Shown here in pieces: positions 29,186-39,571 of a stretch of DNA of 64,000 nucleotides. The notes beneath the pieces were generated by a model, which was not told where the DNA came from, did not search any database, and saw only the letters and a list, made by a program, of their open reading frames with translations. Position numbers and translations under genes: made by a program. The DNA is taken from the sequence record NZ_CP067423.1. One strand, given 5' to 3'. This DNA comes from a plasmid. Each line of letters starts with the position of its first letter. The stretch's first letter is position 1.

Positions 29186-29446
29186 TCAGTTGTCGCCCCA
29201 GCGGGGCGCCATCTGCTGGCCTCCCGACGTGGGGTAGTCGTCGGGATTTGCGTTGAAAAAGTCCTTTGCCCGCTCGGCGGCTTCCTCGCGTGCCGCCGCT
29301 TCCTGCTCGGCAAGTTCGACCTGGCGCTCGAGGAGCGCCTTCATTTCCGGATCGGCGTTCGGGATGAACACATAGGATGCCGCGCCGCCCGCAAGGGCGG
29401 CAACGATCGCGATCGCGACGACGACGGGGAGTTTGAGCGTTGCCAT
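29186..29446 (-). CDS. trbK: Entry-exclusion protein TrbK
   Basis: 86 aa with a signal/TM segment, lying between trbJ and trbL. Confidence 0.55.
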   Translation of the reverse strand: MATLKLPVVVAIAIVAALAGGAASYVFIPNADPEMKALLERQVELAEQEAAAREEAAERAKDFFNANPDDYPTSGGQQMAPRWGDN

Positions 29447-29450
29447 GGGG

Positions 29451-30239
29451 TCACCACCGAGGCTGCATTTGTTGGCCGCCGGAGGTGGACGGAGCGGTAG
29501 AGCCGAAAAATGCGTCGCGGCGAGCCTGAGCGAGATCCTTTTCAGCCTGCTCCGACTGATACCAGGTGCCCATCATGGTCATCTGCTGGGAGACGAGGCC
29601 GCGAAGCTTCTGCATCTGCTCGACCTGCTGCGTCGCGATCTGATGCCCGACCTGCAACGCCTTCATCTGGCCATCGGCGGACTCCGATTGGGAGCGCAGT
29701 TGCGCCATGGTGGATTCTTCGGTCGCAAACTGATCGGCCGTGAGGCCAGCCGCCGCCAGTGTTCCACCGATGGTGTCACGGTTGGTGTCCGACCAGGACT
29801 GATAGCTCGACGAGAAATCCTGCCCGTTCGGAAGACCGTTCTGGAAATCGGTATAGCTCTGGAAGCGCTGCTTGAGCACATCGTCAAGGTTGCCCATCGA
29901 GAACGCCATGCCCTGCCCCTGCTGCACGATGCCTTGCAGGTTGGCGAGGTCCTGTTGAGCCTGCCCCCACACATGATCGGGAAGCTGCATGGTGTTCTGC
30001 AGCATGTTCTCGTAGATGCGAATCTGGTTTGCGATCTGCTCCACCTGGTTGGAGATCTGCGTCACCTGATTTGCGATCTGCTCGGCGTTCTGTCCGCCGA
30101 GCGCGATCAGTTCCCCATTGTTGAGGATCTGCGTAAACTCGGTCGCGCCGGTGAGCGCCCCGCTGGCTTGGGCTGGCGCGGCAAGGCTGACAGCGATCAG
30201 GACGCTTGCGAGAGAACTAGGCAAGAAGAGCTTCGGCAT
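29451..30239 (-). CDS. trbJ: Conjugal transfer protein TrbJ (VirB5-like)
   Basis: Start at MPKLFLPSS, which has a signal peptide. The body is coiled-coil and Gln-rich. The upstream part of the ORF is rejected. Confidence 0.8.
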   Translation of the reverse strand: MPKLFLPSSLASVLIAVSLAAPAQASGALTGATEFTQILNNGELIALGGQNAEQIANQVTQISNQVEQIANQIRIYENMLQNTMQLPDHVWGQAQQDLANLQGIVQQGQGMAFSMGNLDDVLKQRFQSYTDFQNGLPNGQDFSSSYQSWSDTNRDTIGGTLAAAGLTADQFATEESTMAQLRSQSESADGQMKALQVGHQIATQQVEQMQKLRGLVSQQMTMMGTWYQSEQAEKDLAQARRDAFFGSTAPSTSGGQQMQPRW

Positions 30240-32652
30240 TTTCGATACCTCTTTGCTTGAGCCAGTGGACGGGCCATTCGTCGCCGTGGTGGACGCGCAG
30301 CTCATCGATGCGCTTGATGTCGTCCTTTCCGGACGCGCCGACGAAAGACAGGGTGATTGGCCCGAGGGCCATGTCGAACAGACGCCGCCCGTCAGGCGAA
30401 GCGACGTAGTATTCGCGCTTCGGAAGAGCGGTTGCGACGATCTCGATTTGCCGCTCATTGAAGCCAATACGCTCATAGAACTCGCGTGTGCCGCTTTCGC
30501 GTGCCGCGCCATTGGGCAGGCAAATCTTGGTCGGGCAGCTTTCCTTGAGCACGTCGATGATGCCGGACTTTTCCGCGTCAGAAATCGACTGCGTTGCCAG
30601 AACGACGGCGCAATTGGCCTTGCGCAGCACCTTCAGCCATTCGCGGATCTTCTCGCGGAACGCTGGATGGCCGAGCATCAGCCAGGCCTCATCGAGGATG
30701 ATGAGGCTGGGGGCGCCGGTCAGGCGCTTTTCGATGCGACGGAACAGGTAGAGCAGGACCGGCACGAGATTGCGGTCGCCGAGGTTCATCAATTCCTCGA
30801 TCTCGAACGTCTGGAAATCCGAGAGGGTCAGGCCATCCTCCTCGGCATCGAGCAGATGCCCCATGGGACCGTCGACTGTGTAATGACGCAGCGCGTCCTT
30901 GATCTCCCGCATCTGCACACCCGACACGAAATCGGAGAGCGACCGGCGCGTCGAGGCGGCCATGAGCGCGATCTGTCTGGCGATCGCGTTGCGATGATCG
31001 GGGGTGACTTTCACACCCTGCAGCTCGACAAGGGTTTCCAGCCATCCGGCCGCCCAGGCCTTGTCGCCATCGTCGTCCAGTTGGGAAAGCGGGCAGAAGG
31101 TCAGCGCCTCCCCTGCTCCAACATCGTAGTGATCGCCGCCAACAGCCACCGTCAGCGGGTACATCGACTTGCCCTTGTCGAAAGCGAAGAGCTGTGCTTG
31201 CCGGTAACGGCGAAACTGTGCCGCGATCAGCGCCAGAAGGGTCGACTTGCCCGATCCGGTCGGACCGAAGATCAGGGTATGACCCACGTCGCCGGAATGG
31301 AGGTTCAGGCGGAACGGCGATGATCCGCTTGCGACCTGCATCAGCGGCGGCGAGCCGTCGGGATAGAACGGGCACGGCGCAACCGGTGAGCCCGACCAGA
31401 CCGAGTTGAGCGGCACCAGATCGGCAAGGTTGCGGGTATTGATCAGCGGTTCGCGGATGTTGGCGTACCAGTTGCCGGGCAGACTCCCAAGGAACGCCTC
31501 GGTGACGTTCAGCGTTTCGATGCGAGCGGCAAAGCCTTCGGCCTGGATCAGCCGGCGCACGCCTTCGGTCTTTTCGCGAAGGCGCGCCTCGTCGTCGTCG
31601 AACATGATAATGACCGGCGTATAGTAGCCATAGGCGACAAGCTGCGAATTTGCCTCGGCAATGGCGTCTTCCGTCTCCGCCACCATCAGCGCAGCGTCCT
31701 GATCGATCGCCCCCGAATTGGTCTGGAAAAGCTGGTCCATGAATGGCCGGACCTTCTGCAGCCACTTCTTGCGCGTGCGCTCGAGCCTTTGGCGGGCCTC
31801 GATCGGATCGAGAAAGACGAAGCGGCTCGACCAGCGATAGGTGAGCGGCATCAGGTCCAGAGAATTGAGAATCCCTGGCCAGCTCTCGGCCGGAAAGCCG
31901 TCTATCGCCACGACCGCCAGATAGCGGTTGTCGACCAGCGGCGAGAGACCGTGATGGAATTCGGCCGTGACGACGAAATCGAGATACATCGGAATGTCGG
32001 GCAGGCGGACCGGATGGTTTTCGCCGACAATGCAGAAGCGGGCGAACTGCAGCAGATCGTCATATTTGGCGGTACGGGTTCCGCCGCGTTCCTCGGTCTC
32101 CTGTGTAACCATGCGGCGGATCGAGACGACGTTTCCCATATATTGCTCGAACTCGCGGATCGAACGCCGGAAGTGATCGAGCGCGCGATCGGCAAAGGTG
32201 GTCGCGCGGGACTCATCGTCGGAATAGACATATTTGACGAGGCCGGACTTGCGCTTCTCCGGTTCGCGATAGGTCAGGATGATGGCGTGCTGGCTCTCAT
32301 AGTGCCCGTCCGCCGCCTCAAAACGCTTGCGCCGTTCCTCATCGATCAGCGCACTTACCTTGTCGGGGAAATGGCAGTTGTCCCGGGCCGGATAGGCCGT
32401 CGCCGGCACGCGCACGGCCTCGACCTGGATCATCCAGCCCGATCCGAGCCGGGCGAGAATGGCATTGATCTGGCGGCTGACCTCGTTGCGCTCGAAATCG
32501 GTCGAGCTTTCGTTATCCGGACCGGCGAAATACCAGCCGGCCATCAGGCTCCCGTCCTTGAGCAAGAGCGTGCCGTTATCGATCAGGGCCGCATAGGGCA
32601 GCAGGTCGGAGAAGGACGGGCCGGAATGACGAAATCGCTTGAGTGCAACCAT
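30217..32652 (-). CDS. trbE: Conjugal transfer ATPase TrbE (VirB4-like)
   Basis: 811 aa. A Walker A motif (FGPTGSGKSTLL) and a VirB4/CagE body are present. Confidence 0.9.
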   Translation of the reverse strand: MVALKRFRHSGPSFSDLLPYAALIDNGTLLLKDGSLMAGWYFAGPDNESSTDFERNEVSRQINAILARLGSGWMIQVEAVRVPATAYPARDNCHFPDKVSALIDEERRKRFEAADGHYESQHAIILTYREPEKRKSGLVKYVYSDDESRATTFADRALDHFRRSIREFEQYMGNVVSIRRMVTQETEERGGTRTAKYDDLLQFARFCIVGENHPVRLPDIPMYLDFVVTAEFHHGLSPLVDNRYLAVVAIDGFPAESWPGILNSLDLMPLTYRWSSRFVFLDPIEARQRLERTRKKWLQKVRPFMDQLFQTNSGAIDQDAALMVAETEDAIAEANSQLVAYGYYTPVIIMFDDDEARLREKTEGVRRLIQAEGFAARIETLNVTEAFLGSLPGNWYANIREPLINTRNLADLVPLNSVWSGSPVAPCPFYPDGSPPLMQVASGSSPFRLNLHSGDVGHTLIFGPTGSGKSTLLALIAAQFRRYRQAQLFAFDKGKSMYPLTVAVGGDHYDVGAGEALTFCPLSQLDDDGDKAWAAGWLETLVELQGVKVTPDHRNAIARQIALMAASTRRSLSDFVSGVQMREIKDALRHYTVDGPMGHLLDAEEDGLTLSDFQTFEIEELMNLGDRNLVPVLLYLFRRIEKRLTGAPSLIILDEAWLMLGHPAFREKIREWLKVLRKANCAVVLATQSISDAEKSGIIDVLKESCPTKICLPNGAARESGTREFYERIGFNERQIEIVATALPKREYYVASPDGRRLFDMALGPITLSFVGASGKDDIKRIDELRVHHGDEWPVHWLKQRGIENAEALLA

Positions 32653-32655
32653 AAG

Positions 32656-32955
32656 TCAGAACGTCCGCCAGGGCGTGGAGGTCGGCCGGTAGTAGGGGCG
32701 GTATCTGATGTGGCGCAGGTAGACGCGGCGCATCAGGGGATCGGCTTTCGCCATCATGCGCAGTAGCCCGACAACCACGATCCAGATGACCGTGCCGAGC
32801 AGCGCCGATACGGTCGTCAGGATGACGAAGACGAGAATGACCGCGGCGAGCCCGGTCAGAAGCACGAGCTCACGGTCAGCCCCAAAGAGCAGCGTCGGAC
32901 GCGAAAGGGCACGGTGTATCCGCGCCGTCGCCAGCCGGCTTTCCCTTTCAGCCAT
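32656..32955 (-). CDS. trbD: Conjugal transfer protein TrbD (VirB3-like)
   Basis: Start at [30 protein letters not shown]. 99 aa with one or two TM segments. Confidence 0.75.
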   Translation of the reverse strand: MAERESRLATARIHRALSRPTLLFGADRELVLLTGLAAVILVFVILTTVSALLGTVIWIVVVGLLRMMAKADPLMRRVYLRHIRYRPYYRPTSTPWRTF

Positions 32956-33319
32956 GCGGGGCAACCACCGGCTCTTGTTCGTGCGCCTCCAGCGGGACGC
33001 CGATGGACGAACCGCTGGAGCCGAACAGGCCGACGATTTGCGTTGCACCGAGCAGGATGCCGGCGACGAGTACGATGTAGCAGAGCCTCCGCGCAAAATC
33101 GTTCAACTCGCCGCCGAAGATCAACATGCCGCCGGCAATGGCGACCGCGGCGAGCGCGATAGCGCCAGCGACCGGGCCGGTGATGGATTCCTGAATCTGT
33201 TCCAGAGGCCCTTCCCAGGGCAGGCCCCCTCCCCCGCCGCTGGCGAGCGCCGGTTCGATCATGACGAGCGATGCGGCCGCGAGGCCGAGCAGGAGCGTGA
33301 AAGCCTTCTTAGACGACAT
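32948..33319 (-). CDS. trbC: Conjugal pilin TrbC (VirB2-like)
   Basis: 123 aa with a signal peptide and two hydrophobic helices. Confidence 0.8.
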   Translation of the reverse strand: MSSKKAFTLLLGLAAASLVMIEPALASGGGGGLPWEGPLEQIQESITGPVAGAIALAAVAIAGGMLIFGGELNDFARRLCYIVLVAGILLGATQIVGLFGSSGSSIGVPLEAHEQEPVVAPHG

Positions 33320-34292
33320 GAAGATTTCTTCCCTGGATGGATTCGGATTTCGACGCGCCGACCGGCGAGGTGAGGTATCGCCCGTCGCGAAAGCCTTCGA
33401 CCTTCAGGATCTCGCGAACGGTTCGCCCGCCGGGCGCGCGCTCGATCGAGACGATCAGGTCGACCGCCTCTCCGATGACTTCCGGCATAGGCTGGGAGCT
33501 GACTTCGGCAACGAGCTGTTCAAGACGGGTAAGAGCGGCGCCGGCCGAGTTCGAGTGAACCGTCGCGATGCCGCCCGGATGGCCGGTGTTCCATGCCTTC
33601 AAGAGAGTGAGGGCAGCGCCGTCGCGAACCTCGCCCACGATGATGCGATCCGGACGCAGCCGCATCGTCGACTTCAATAGACGGCCCATATCGACCGTGT
33701 CTGTGGTGTGCAGGATCACATGATTTTCCGCCGCGCACTGGATCTCGGCAGTGTCTTCCAGGATCACCAGCCGGTGCTCCGGCGTCGTCTCGACCAGCTC
33801 CGCCAGGATTGCATTGGTGAGCGTGGTCTTGCCCGTTCCAGTGCCTCCCGACACTACGATATTGAGCCGGTTCACGATCGAATCGCGGATCACATCAACC
33901 TGCTCGGGCGTCATGATGCCGTCGGCGACATACTGATCGAGGCGGATCAGCATCGACGCGCGCTTGCGGATCGTGAACATCGGCGCAGGCGCGGCCGGTG
34001 GCAAAATCCCCTCAAAGCGATGTCCGCCAAGGGGCAATTCCCCGGAAATAATCGGTCGGTCCTGGTCGACTTCGGTCTTGAGGGCGTGGGCGACTTTGCC
34101 GATGACGGTCTCGGCGTCATGGGAGGCCATCCGCCCCGCCGCCGCTATCCCCTGCCCTACCCGCTCGATAAATAGATTGCCGTCGGGGTTGAGCATGACC
34201 TCCACAACGTCGGGGTCATGGAGCGCTGTCGTGACCGTGGCGCCAAGTGCGTCCTGCAGACCGAGGATCAGCCGTCGTTTCGACTCGCTCAT
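33309..34292 (-). CDS. trbB: Conjugal transfer ATPase TrbB (VirB11-like)
   Basis: Start at [13 protein letters not shown] Walker A motif ([16 protein letters not shown]) is present. Confidence 0.9.
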   Translation of the reverse strand: MSESKRRLILGLQDALGATVTTALHDPDVVEVMLNPDGNLFIERVGQGIAAAGRMASHDAETVIGKVAHALKTEVDQDRPIISGELPLGGHRFEGILPPAAPAPMFTIRKRASMLIRLDQYVADGIMTPEQVDVIRDSIVNRLNIVVSGGTGTGKTTLTNAILAELVETTPEHRLVILEDTAEIQCAAENHVILHTTDTVDMGRLLKSTMRLRPDRIIVGEVRDGAALTLLKAWNTGHPGGIATVHSNSAGAALTRLEQLVAEVSSQPMPEVIGEAVDLIVSIERAPGGRTVREILKVEGFRDGRYLTSPVGASKSESIQGRNLHVV

Positions 34293-34320
34293 GAACCGCC
34301 CTCCTGCCCGGCTGCTTTGG

Positions 34321-34950
34321 TCAGGCCGCGGCTTCCACAGCGGCCGGGAAGAGGGAGACGTAGCTCGACGGCCGCACCAGCTCGAGACTGGGTTCGTCGG
34401 CAGATAAGAGGCCCGCGACAGCAATGGTATTGCCAATAGGATGTGGAGACCCGAGCCGCTCCAGTGGCCACTTCGCTCGGCTGAGAATGCGCTCAAACCG
34501 AACGTCCGTCACCGTGACGATCCGGTCGTACCCATTGGCCATCGACCATTCAATGATGCCGGCGAACAAGGTATGCGTGGCGTCGCGCAGTCCGCTCGCG
34601 GAGACGATTTCGCTGCGTTCGGTGTCGATGCAAAAGCGCGAGCTCTCGACGACGCGGCTCGATTGGGGCATGCGAGCAGCGCCCGCCAGAAACGGAAATA
34701 TCTGACCGAGCATCGTCGGTCCGGTGGACGAAAGGAGGCGGGCGCAACCGATCACGTGACCATCGTTGCCGACGAGCACGAGATAGGTCGGATCGAGCCG
34801 GTCGTACTCGTCCTTTTCCTGGTTGTGCTCTACGTGGACGTCCCAGTCTAACCTGTGTTTGAAGACCCTTGCGCGCAGTTCGTGCATGCGCTCGAGCAGA
34901 CGTTGCTCACTACTTGTAGCCCTCGTACGGCAAATGGCGACGACGCGCAT
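34321..34950 (-). CDS. traI: Acyl-homoserine-lactone synthase (LuxI family) TraI
   Basis: 209 aa, with RVFKHRLDWDV and other LuxI-family motifs. It is the first gene of the trb operon, as in Ti/Rhizobium quorum-regulated plasmids. Confidence 0.9.
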   Translation of the reverse strand: MRVVAICRTRATSSEQRLLERMHELRARVFKHRLDWDVHVEHNQEKDEYDRLDPTYLVLVGNDGHVIGCARLLSSTGPTMLGQIFPFLAGAARMPQSSRVVESSRFCIDTERSEIVSASGLRDATHTLFAGIIEWSMANGYDRIVTVTDVRFERILSRAKWPLERLGSPHPIGNTIAVAGLLSADEPSLELVRPSSYVSLFPAAVEAAA

Positions 34951-35011
34951 GACCCAATCCTTAACCCATTGAATTGCGGTCTCTTGAATCCCGTACGGCC
35001 GCGCACCACCA

Positions 35012-35027
35012 GCTGTGAAAAGTCACA
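35012..35027. promoter_or_regulatory. lux/tra-box-like palindrome CTGTGAAAAGTCACAG in the traI-luxR divergent intergenic region
   Basis: Inverted 6-bp arms CTGTGA/TCACAG around a 4-bp spacer. The element lies 62-77 bp upstream of the traI start codon, between traI and the divergent LuxR-type gene. Confidence 0.4.
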
Positions 35028-35103
35028 GGGGATCGACAGTCGTCGCCGTGATAGACAGGGGGGAGTGCCGAGGGGCCGTTGCCGCATTTATGGCTGAATT
35101 GCG

Positions 35104-35865
35104 ATGCAACGCGAAATTGCGACTACCCGAATTGAGGACAAAAACACCCGGAGAGGATCGTTGCCGAGCAAAGCCTTCGACCAGTTGCGAGACGCACTAG
35201 AAACGGCCCATGGGATGGCGCCTGTCAAAGCCGCGGTGAAGGAGTTCGCCGGCCAATTGGGGTTTGACTGGTTCGCCTATCTCTCGGTTTGTGGGCCGGA
35301 GATCGACACGTTTTCGACGTACCCGCGCGCATGGCAAGGCCACTATATCAACAAGAAATACGCGAGCATCGATCCCGTCGTGCAGGAAGCCCGCCGTTCT
35401 GAACGCTGCTTTGCGTGGTCCGAACGCGACATTGCACGGGCATTATCGCCGGATCAGGTGCGCTTCCTCGGAGAAGCCGGGGATCATGGTATCGCATCGG
35501 GGATATCTGTGCCCGTGTCGGCCGGGTTCGGCCGGACTGTGTTATTCACGCTTGCGTCGTCGAACCGGTGTGACAATTGCCTGGTAGAATGCCCCTTCCT
35601 TGCCGCTTCGATTGCATCGCACGTGGATGTCTATGCGCGGCGCTGGATGCTCGAGCCAATGCCTGCTGTCACCGTCAAGTTAAGCCCTAGAGAGAGGCTC
35701 TGCCTGAGCTGGATGGCAAAAGGCAAGCGCATGTCCGAAATCGCGCAAATCGTCGGGACGAAAGTCCGGACGGTCGAGTATCACCTGCAAAATGCTCGGC
35801 GGAAGCTCGATGCCACCAACGTCACCCACGCCGTCGCGCTTGCAGTGCGTCAACAGTTGATCTGA
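35104..35865 (+). CDS. LuxR-family autoinducer-binding transcriptional regulator (TraR-like)
   Basis: An N-terminal autoinducer-binding domain (GFDWFAYLSV...YINKKYASIDPVVQEARRS) and a C-terminal LuxR HTH (LSPRERLCLSWMAKGKRMSEIAQIVGTKVRTVEYHLQNARRKL) are present. The start codon is uncertain. Confidence 0.8.
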   Translation: MQREIATTRIEDKNTRRGSLPSKAFDQLRDALETAHGMAPVKAAVKEFAGQLGFDWFAYLSVCGPEIDTFSTYPRAWQGHYINKKYASIDPVVQEARRSERCFAWSERDIARALSPDQVRFLGEAGDHGIASGISVPVSAGFGRTVLFTLASSNRCDNCLVECPFLAASIASHVDVYARRWMLEPMPAVTVKLSPRERLCLSWMAKGKRMSEIAQIVGTKVRTVEYHLQNARRKLDATNVTHAVALAVRQQLI

Positions 35866-36117
35866 TCCAGGCCGGTCGCGGGAGGGCCTTTCCGCCTCTA
35901 CTTCGTGTTGTGCTTGCCGGCGGCAAAAGAGTCATCCGCGATGGCGCCGTCGCCCCCTACCCTGCCCGGCTGTTTTGAGGCTTATTCGGCTTCGCGTCCT
36001 GATCGGCGGCCGATATCGGCAGGGAGATCGGCAACTAATATCGGCAATTGTGCTGACTTATTGCGTCCAATGCCTTACATTGCAATCCGTTGAGGCACCA
36101 TTGAGATCGGCAAAAGA

Positions 36118-37347
36118 ATGCTTGAAACCCCTGCCCGCATCGAGCCGCTGTTTTTTGACGACGCGGTGCCGACCGTTCTGGCCGATCTTGCGATCGAGCT
36201 GCAGAAGGCCGCCGATGAACTCGGCCGAGGCCTGCATCCGGAGTCGGCTGACGAATTGGCCGATCTCGTACGAGTCATGAATTCTTACTATTCGAATTTG
36301 ATCGAAGGCCACAACACACGACCTCGAGATATCGAGAGCGCCCTGGCCGGCGCCGAGATAGATCCCGAACGTCGTCCCCTCGCCCTCGAGGCGAAGGCCC
36401 ATGTCGAAGTTCAGAGGATGATTGACGGCTTCGGGTTGCGCGGCGAGCTGCCGAGCCCGACTTCGATCGATTTCATTCGGTGGGTTCATCGCGCCTTCTA
36501 CGACGAGATGCCCGAGGAATTCCGGTTCATCGACAAACCTGATGGCGCCAAGGCCGAGATCCTACCCGGCGAGTTCCGGACGTCCGCGGAACATGATGTC
36601 GCTGTCGGGCGCCATCAGCCGCCATCTTCTGACAGGGTGATAGCTTTCATGGAGTATTTCCAGAAGCGGTTCGCCATGGCCGAAAAGCAGGCCAGCCTGC
36701 GGATCATCGCGATTGCGTCAGCTCATCACCGCCTCAACTACATTCACCCGTTTCCAGACGGCAACGGCCGCGTCAGTCGCTTGATGTCTCACGCCATGGC
36801 GCTCAAGGCCGGTATTGGAGGCAACGGCCTGTGGTCGATATCTCGTGGCCTCGCTCGTGGCCTGAAAGATCGTGGCGAATACAAGCGCATGATGGATCAC
36901 GCCGACAGTCCCAGACAAGGCGATCGTGATGGACGAGGAAATCTTTCGGAATCGGCACTCAAGGATTTCGTCGAATGGTTCCTTACAGTCGCGCTCGACC
37001 AGGTGCGGTTCTCGACCGCAATGTTCGACCTCGGGCGGCTCGATGCTCGCTACCGCGCCCTAATAAAAGATGTCGTCGACGATAAACGAGCACCTGATCT
37101 GGTGGCGGCCGTGTTGCGGCACGGCAGGTTGCCCCGTGGTGAAGCCAATTTCGTGCTGAAAACATCCGAGCGCACGGCACGGAGCACGCTGTCGGATCTT
37201 GTCGAGCGCGGTTTTCTGAAATCTGAAACTCCGAAGGCACCGGTACGTATTGCCTTCCCCCTCGATTTCAGGGAACGGCTGTTTCCGAATCTCTTCACCG
37301 ATGTCGAACCCAATGTCCCGGAACCGCCTTCACTGTCTTTCAGATGA
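36118..37347 (+). CDS. Fic-family protein (class II, intramolecular inhibitory motif)
   Basis: The Fic motif HPFPDGNGRVSRL is present. An N-terminal SNLIEG matches the [ST]xxxE[GN] inhibitory helix. 409 aa. Confidence 0.8.
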   Translation: MLETPARIEPLFFDDAVPTVLADLAIELQKAADELGRGLHPESADELADLVRVMNSYYSNLIEGHNTRPRDIESALAGAEIDPERRPLALEAKAHVEVQRMIDGFGLRGELPSPTSIDFIRWVHRAFYDEMPEEFRFIDKPDGAKAEILPGEFRTSAEHDVAVGRHQPPSSDRVIAFMEYFQKRFAMAEKQASLRIIAIASAHHRLNYIHPFPDGNGRVSRLMSHAMALKAGIGGNGLWSISRGLARGLKDRGEYKRMMDHADSPRQGDRDGRGNLSESALKDFVEWFLTVALDQVRFSTAMFDLGRLDARYRALIKDVVDDKRAPDLVAAVLRHGRLPRGEANFVLKTSERTARSTLSDLVERGFLKSETPKAPVRIAFPLDFRERLFPNLFTDVEPNVPEPPSLSFR

Positions 37348-37507
37348 GTGGAATTTCAGGAGTGACAACCGGAATGACTCCGGCCGTCCCCGCTCAGAGA
37401 GTAGAACACTGCCTTCGGTCAGCCGAATATCGACAATGCCGGTCCTATGCTGCTGTGCAAGCCCGTTGTAGCCGCGGCAACAATTGCCGTGATTATGGGC
37501 CCCTGGA

Positions 37508-37768
37508 CTAGAATGTGACCTTGGCAGTGACGGGCGTGTAGCCCCGTCCGACCCTACGGGCGAGCCAGGCCTCGAGCGCTTCGCCGGCTTCAGCGGCCGA
37601 CGCATAGAGGTCAAGGCGTTGTCGGCCGAGCGAGCCGATCCGCCCCCACGCGCGCATAAGCGCCGCATCACCGTACAGTGACGGTTCTATCGCGAGTACA
37701 TAAAACCGCGCAACGTTGCGAGCGCAATCGCGGCGTTGAAGGACAACTTGAAGCTTCGGCTCGACCAT
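37508..37768 (-). CDS. WGR domain protein
   Basis: 86 aa containing a WGRIGS motif. It is convergent with the Fic gene. Confidence 0.55.
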   Translation of the reverse strand: MVEPKLQVVLQRRDCARNVARFYVLAIEPSLYGDAALMRAWGRIGSLGRQRLDLYASAAEAGEALEAWLARRVGRGYTPVTAKVTF

Positions 37769-38077
37769 GTCTGATTGTCATCGACTTCCGGTACCCACGT
37801 CCAATTCATTGGCTGAATCGTTTGGGCGTGAGGGATTCACGTCGGTGATAATTGCCTCTCTGACGGGAAAGACGATCGACCGGAGGGTTGTCTAGTTGCT
37901 TCCGTTTCCCGTCGGCCCATGGACTTGTGGCAGCCTGACAAACACGCGTTGGGCAATTTTGAGCCACCACGCTGGGCGCTGCATAGCCGGCTAAGAGTCA
38001 TCTGTTCATGGGTGAAGGTGAGTCGCCCCAAAGGAGCGGCGGTCACGCCCACTCACTCGGTTTGACGCCATCCACCA

Positions 38078-38093
38078 CTGTGAAACTTCTCAG
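38078..38093. promoter_or_regulatory. Imperfect lux/tra-box-like element CTGTGAAACTTCTCAG upstream of repA
   Basis: It shares the CTGTGAAA half with the box upstream of traI; the second arm is TCTCAG versus TCACAG. It lies about 240 bp upstream of repA. Confidence 0.3.
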
Positions 38094-38329
38094 GGTGCTG
38101 CATGGACCGAGCCAGCGGCATGTGGCATTGAAGGTTCTCGCGGATTGACCAACCGCGGAGAAACTAAGCGATTGAAAAATCGATGGAAAATGTACGCGCC
38201 GACGCCGCGATTCCGGACTGTGAGGCTCCGCTGAGTGATCTTGTTGGCGTGGACCTGGGCATGTCGTTAAGGTTTCGTTAACCTAAAATCCCTTGCCAGA
38301 GAACGGGAATCGCTCATACTGGCGCCAGA

Positions 38330-39571
38330 TTGGCCGAAAGGTCGAATATGGCGCTATTTTCTCGTTTGGGGGACAAAGCGGAGATGGCATTTCTCCCAAG
38401 TTTTGAGTTTGACGACAAGATCCTTGCCCAGGGGGCCGAGATCTCGCGCAAGCTCGACCAATTGCGCGTCGAGAAGTTTCCGACCGAGGGGCAGAAGACC
38501 CTTCGGCGGTTCTCGATGGCCGAGGTCGCCCACTATCTTGGTATCAGTCCGAACAATCTGAAGCGCCTCCATCTTGAAAAGAAAGGTCCTGAGCCTTTCG
38601 TCGGTGCCGGCGGACGGCGCTTTTACGCGGCCGAGCAGATGACCGAGCTTCGGGACTATCTCGACAAGCACGGGCGATCGGATTCCAAGAAGTATGTGCC
38701 CTACCGCAAACCTGGCGAGAAGCTGCAGGTCATTGCGGTCGTCAACTTCAAGGGTGGATCGGGAAAGACCACCACCACGGCGCACCTCGCGCAGCATTTG
38801 GCGCTCACCGGTCACCGGGTCCTGACGGTGGATCTCGATCCGCAGGCTTCGCTTTCAGCCCTCCATGGCTTCCAGCCGGAGCTCGACAAGAACCCCTCGC
38901 TCTACGACGCGATCCGGTACGACAACCCCGCCCCGGCCGAAGATGTCATCCGCAAGACGAACTTCCCCTTGCTCGATATCATCCCGGCGAACCTGGAGCT
39001 GCAGGAATATGAGTACGAGACTCCGCTTGCCATGCAGTCTCCGTCTCAGGAAGGAAAGCGGTTCTTCACGAGGGTCGCCCGGGCGTTGGATTCGGTCAGT
39101 GAGCGCTACGACGTCGTGGTCGTCGATTGCCCTCCACAGCTCGGCTATCTGACGCTGTCGGCACTGTCGGCCGCCACCTCGGTTCTGATTACCGTCCACC
39201 CGCAGATGCTGGATCTGATGTCTATGAGTCAGTTTCTGCTGATGCTGGGCAATATCATGAAGTCCATCAAGAATGCTGGCGCGAAGGTCCAGCTGGACTG
39301 GCTGCGCTATCTCATCACCCGATACGAGCCCACGGACATTCCCCAGGCACAGATGGTCGGCTTCATGCAGTCGATGCTTGCCGAGGAAATTCTGAAAAGC
39401 CCAATGCTCAAATCCACGGCGATTTCTGACGCCGGCCTCACCAAGCAGACGCTCTATGAGGTCGAGCGATCGAACTTCAATCGCGATACCTATGATCGGG
39501 CGATCGACAGCATGGATGCCGTGAACTTCGAGATTCAGGGACTGATCCACCAGGCATGGGGGCGGTTGTGA
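38330..39571 (+). CDS. repA: Plasmid partitioning ATPase RepA (ParA family) of repABC
   Basis: A Walker A motif (VVNFKGGSGKTTTTAHLAQ) is present. 413 aa; first gene of the rep operon. Confidence 0.9.
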   Translation: MAERSNMALFSRLGDKAEMAFLPSFEFDDKILAQGAEISRKLDQLRVEKFPTEGQKTLRRFSMAEVAHYLGISPNNLKRLHLEKKGPEPFVGAGGRRFYAAEQMTELRDYLDKHGRSDSKKYVPYRKPGEKLQVIAVVNFKGGSGKTTTTAHLAQHLALTGHRVLTVDLDPQASLSALHGFQPELDKNPSLYDAIRYDNPAPAEDVIRKTNFPLLDIIPANLELQEYEYETPLAMQSPSQEGKRFFTRVARALDSVSERYDVVVVDCPPQLGYLTLSALSAATSVLITVHPQMLDLMSMSQFLLMLGNIMKSIKNAGAKVQLDWLRYLITRYEPTDIPQAQMVGFMQSMLAEEILKSPMLKSTAISDAGLTKQTLYEVERSNFNRDTYDRAIDSMDAVNFEIQGLIHQAWGRL

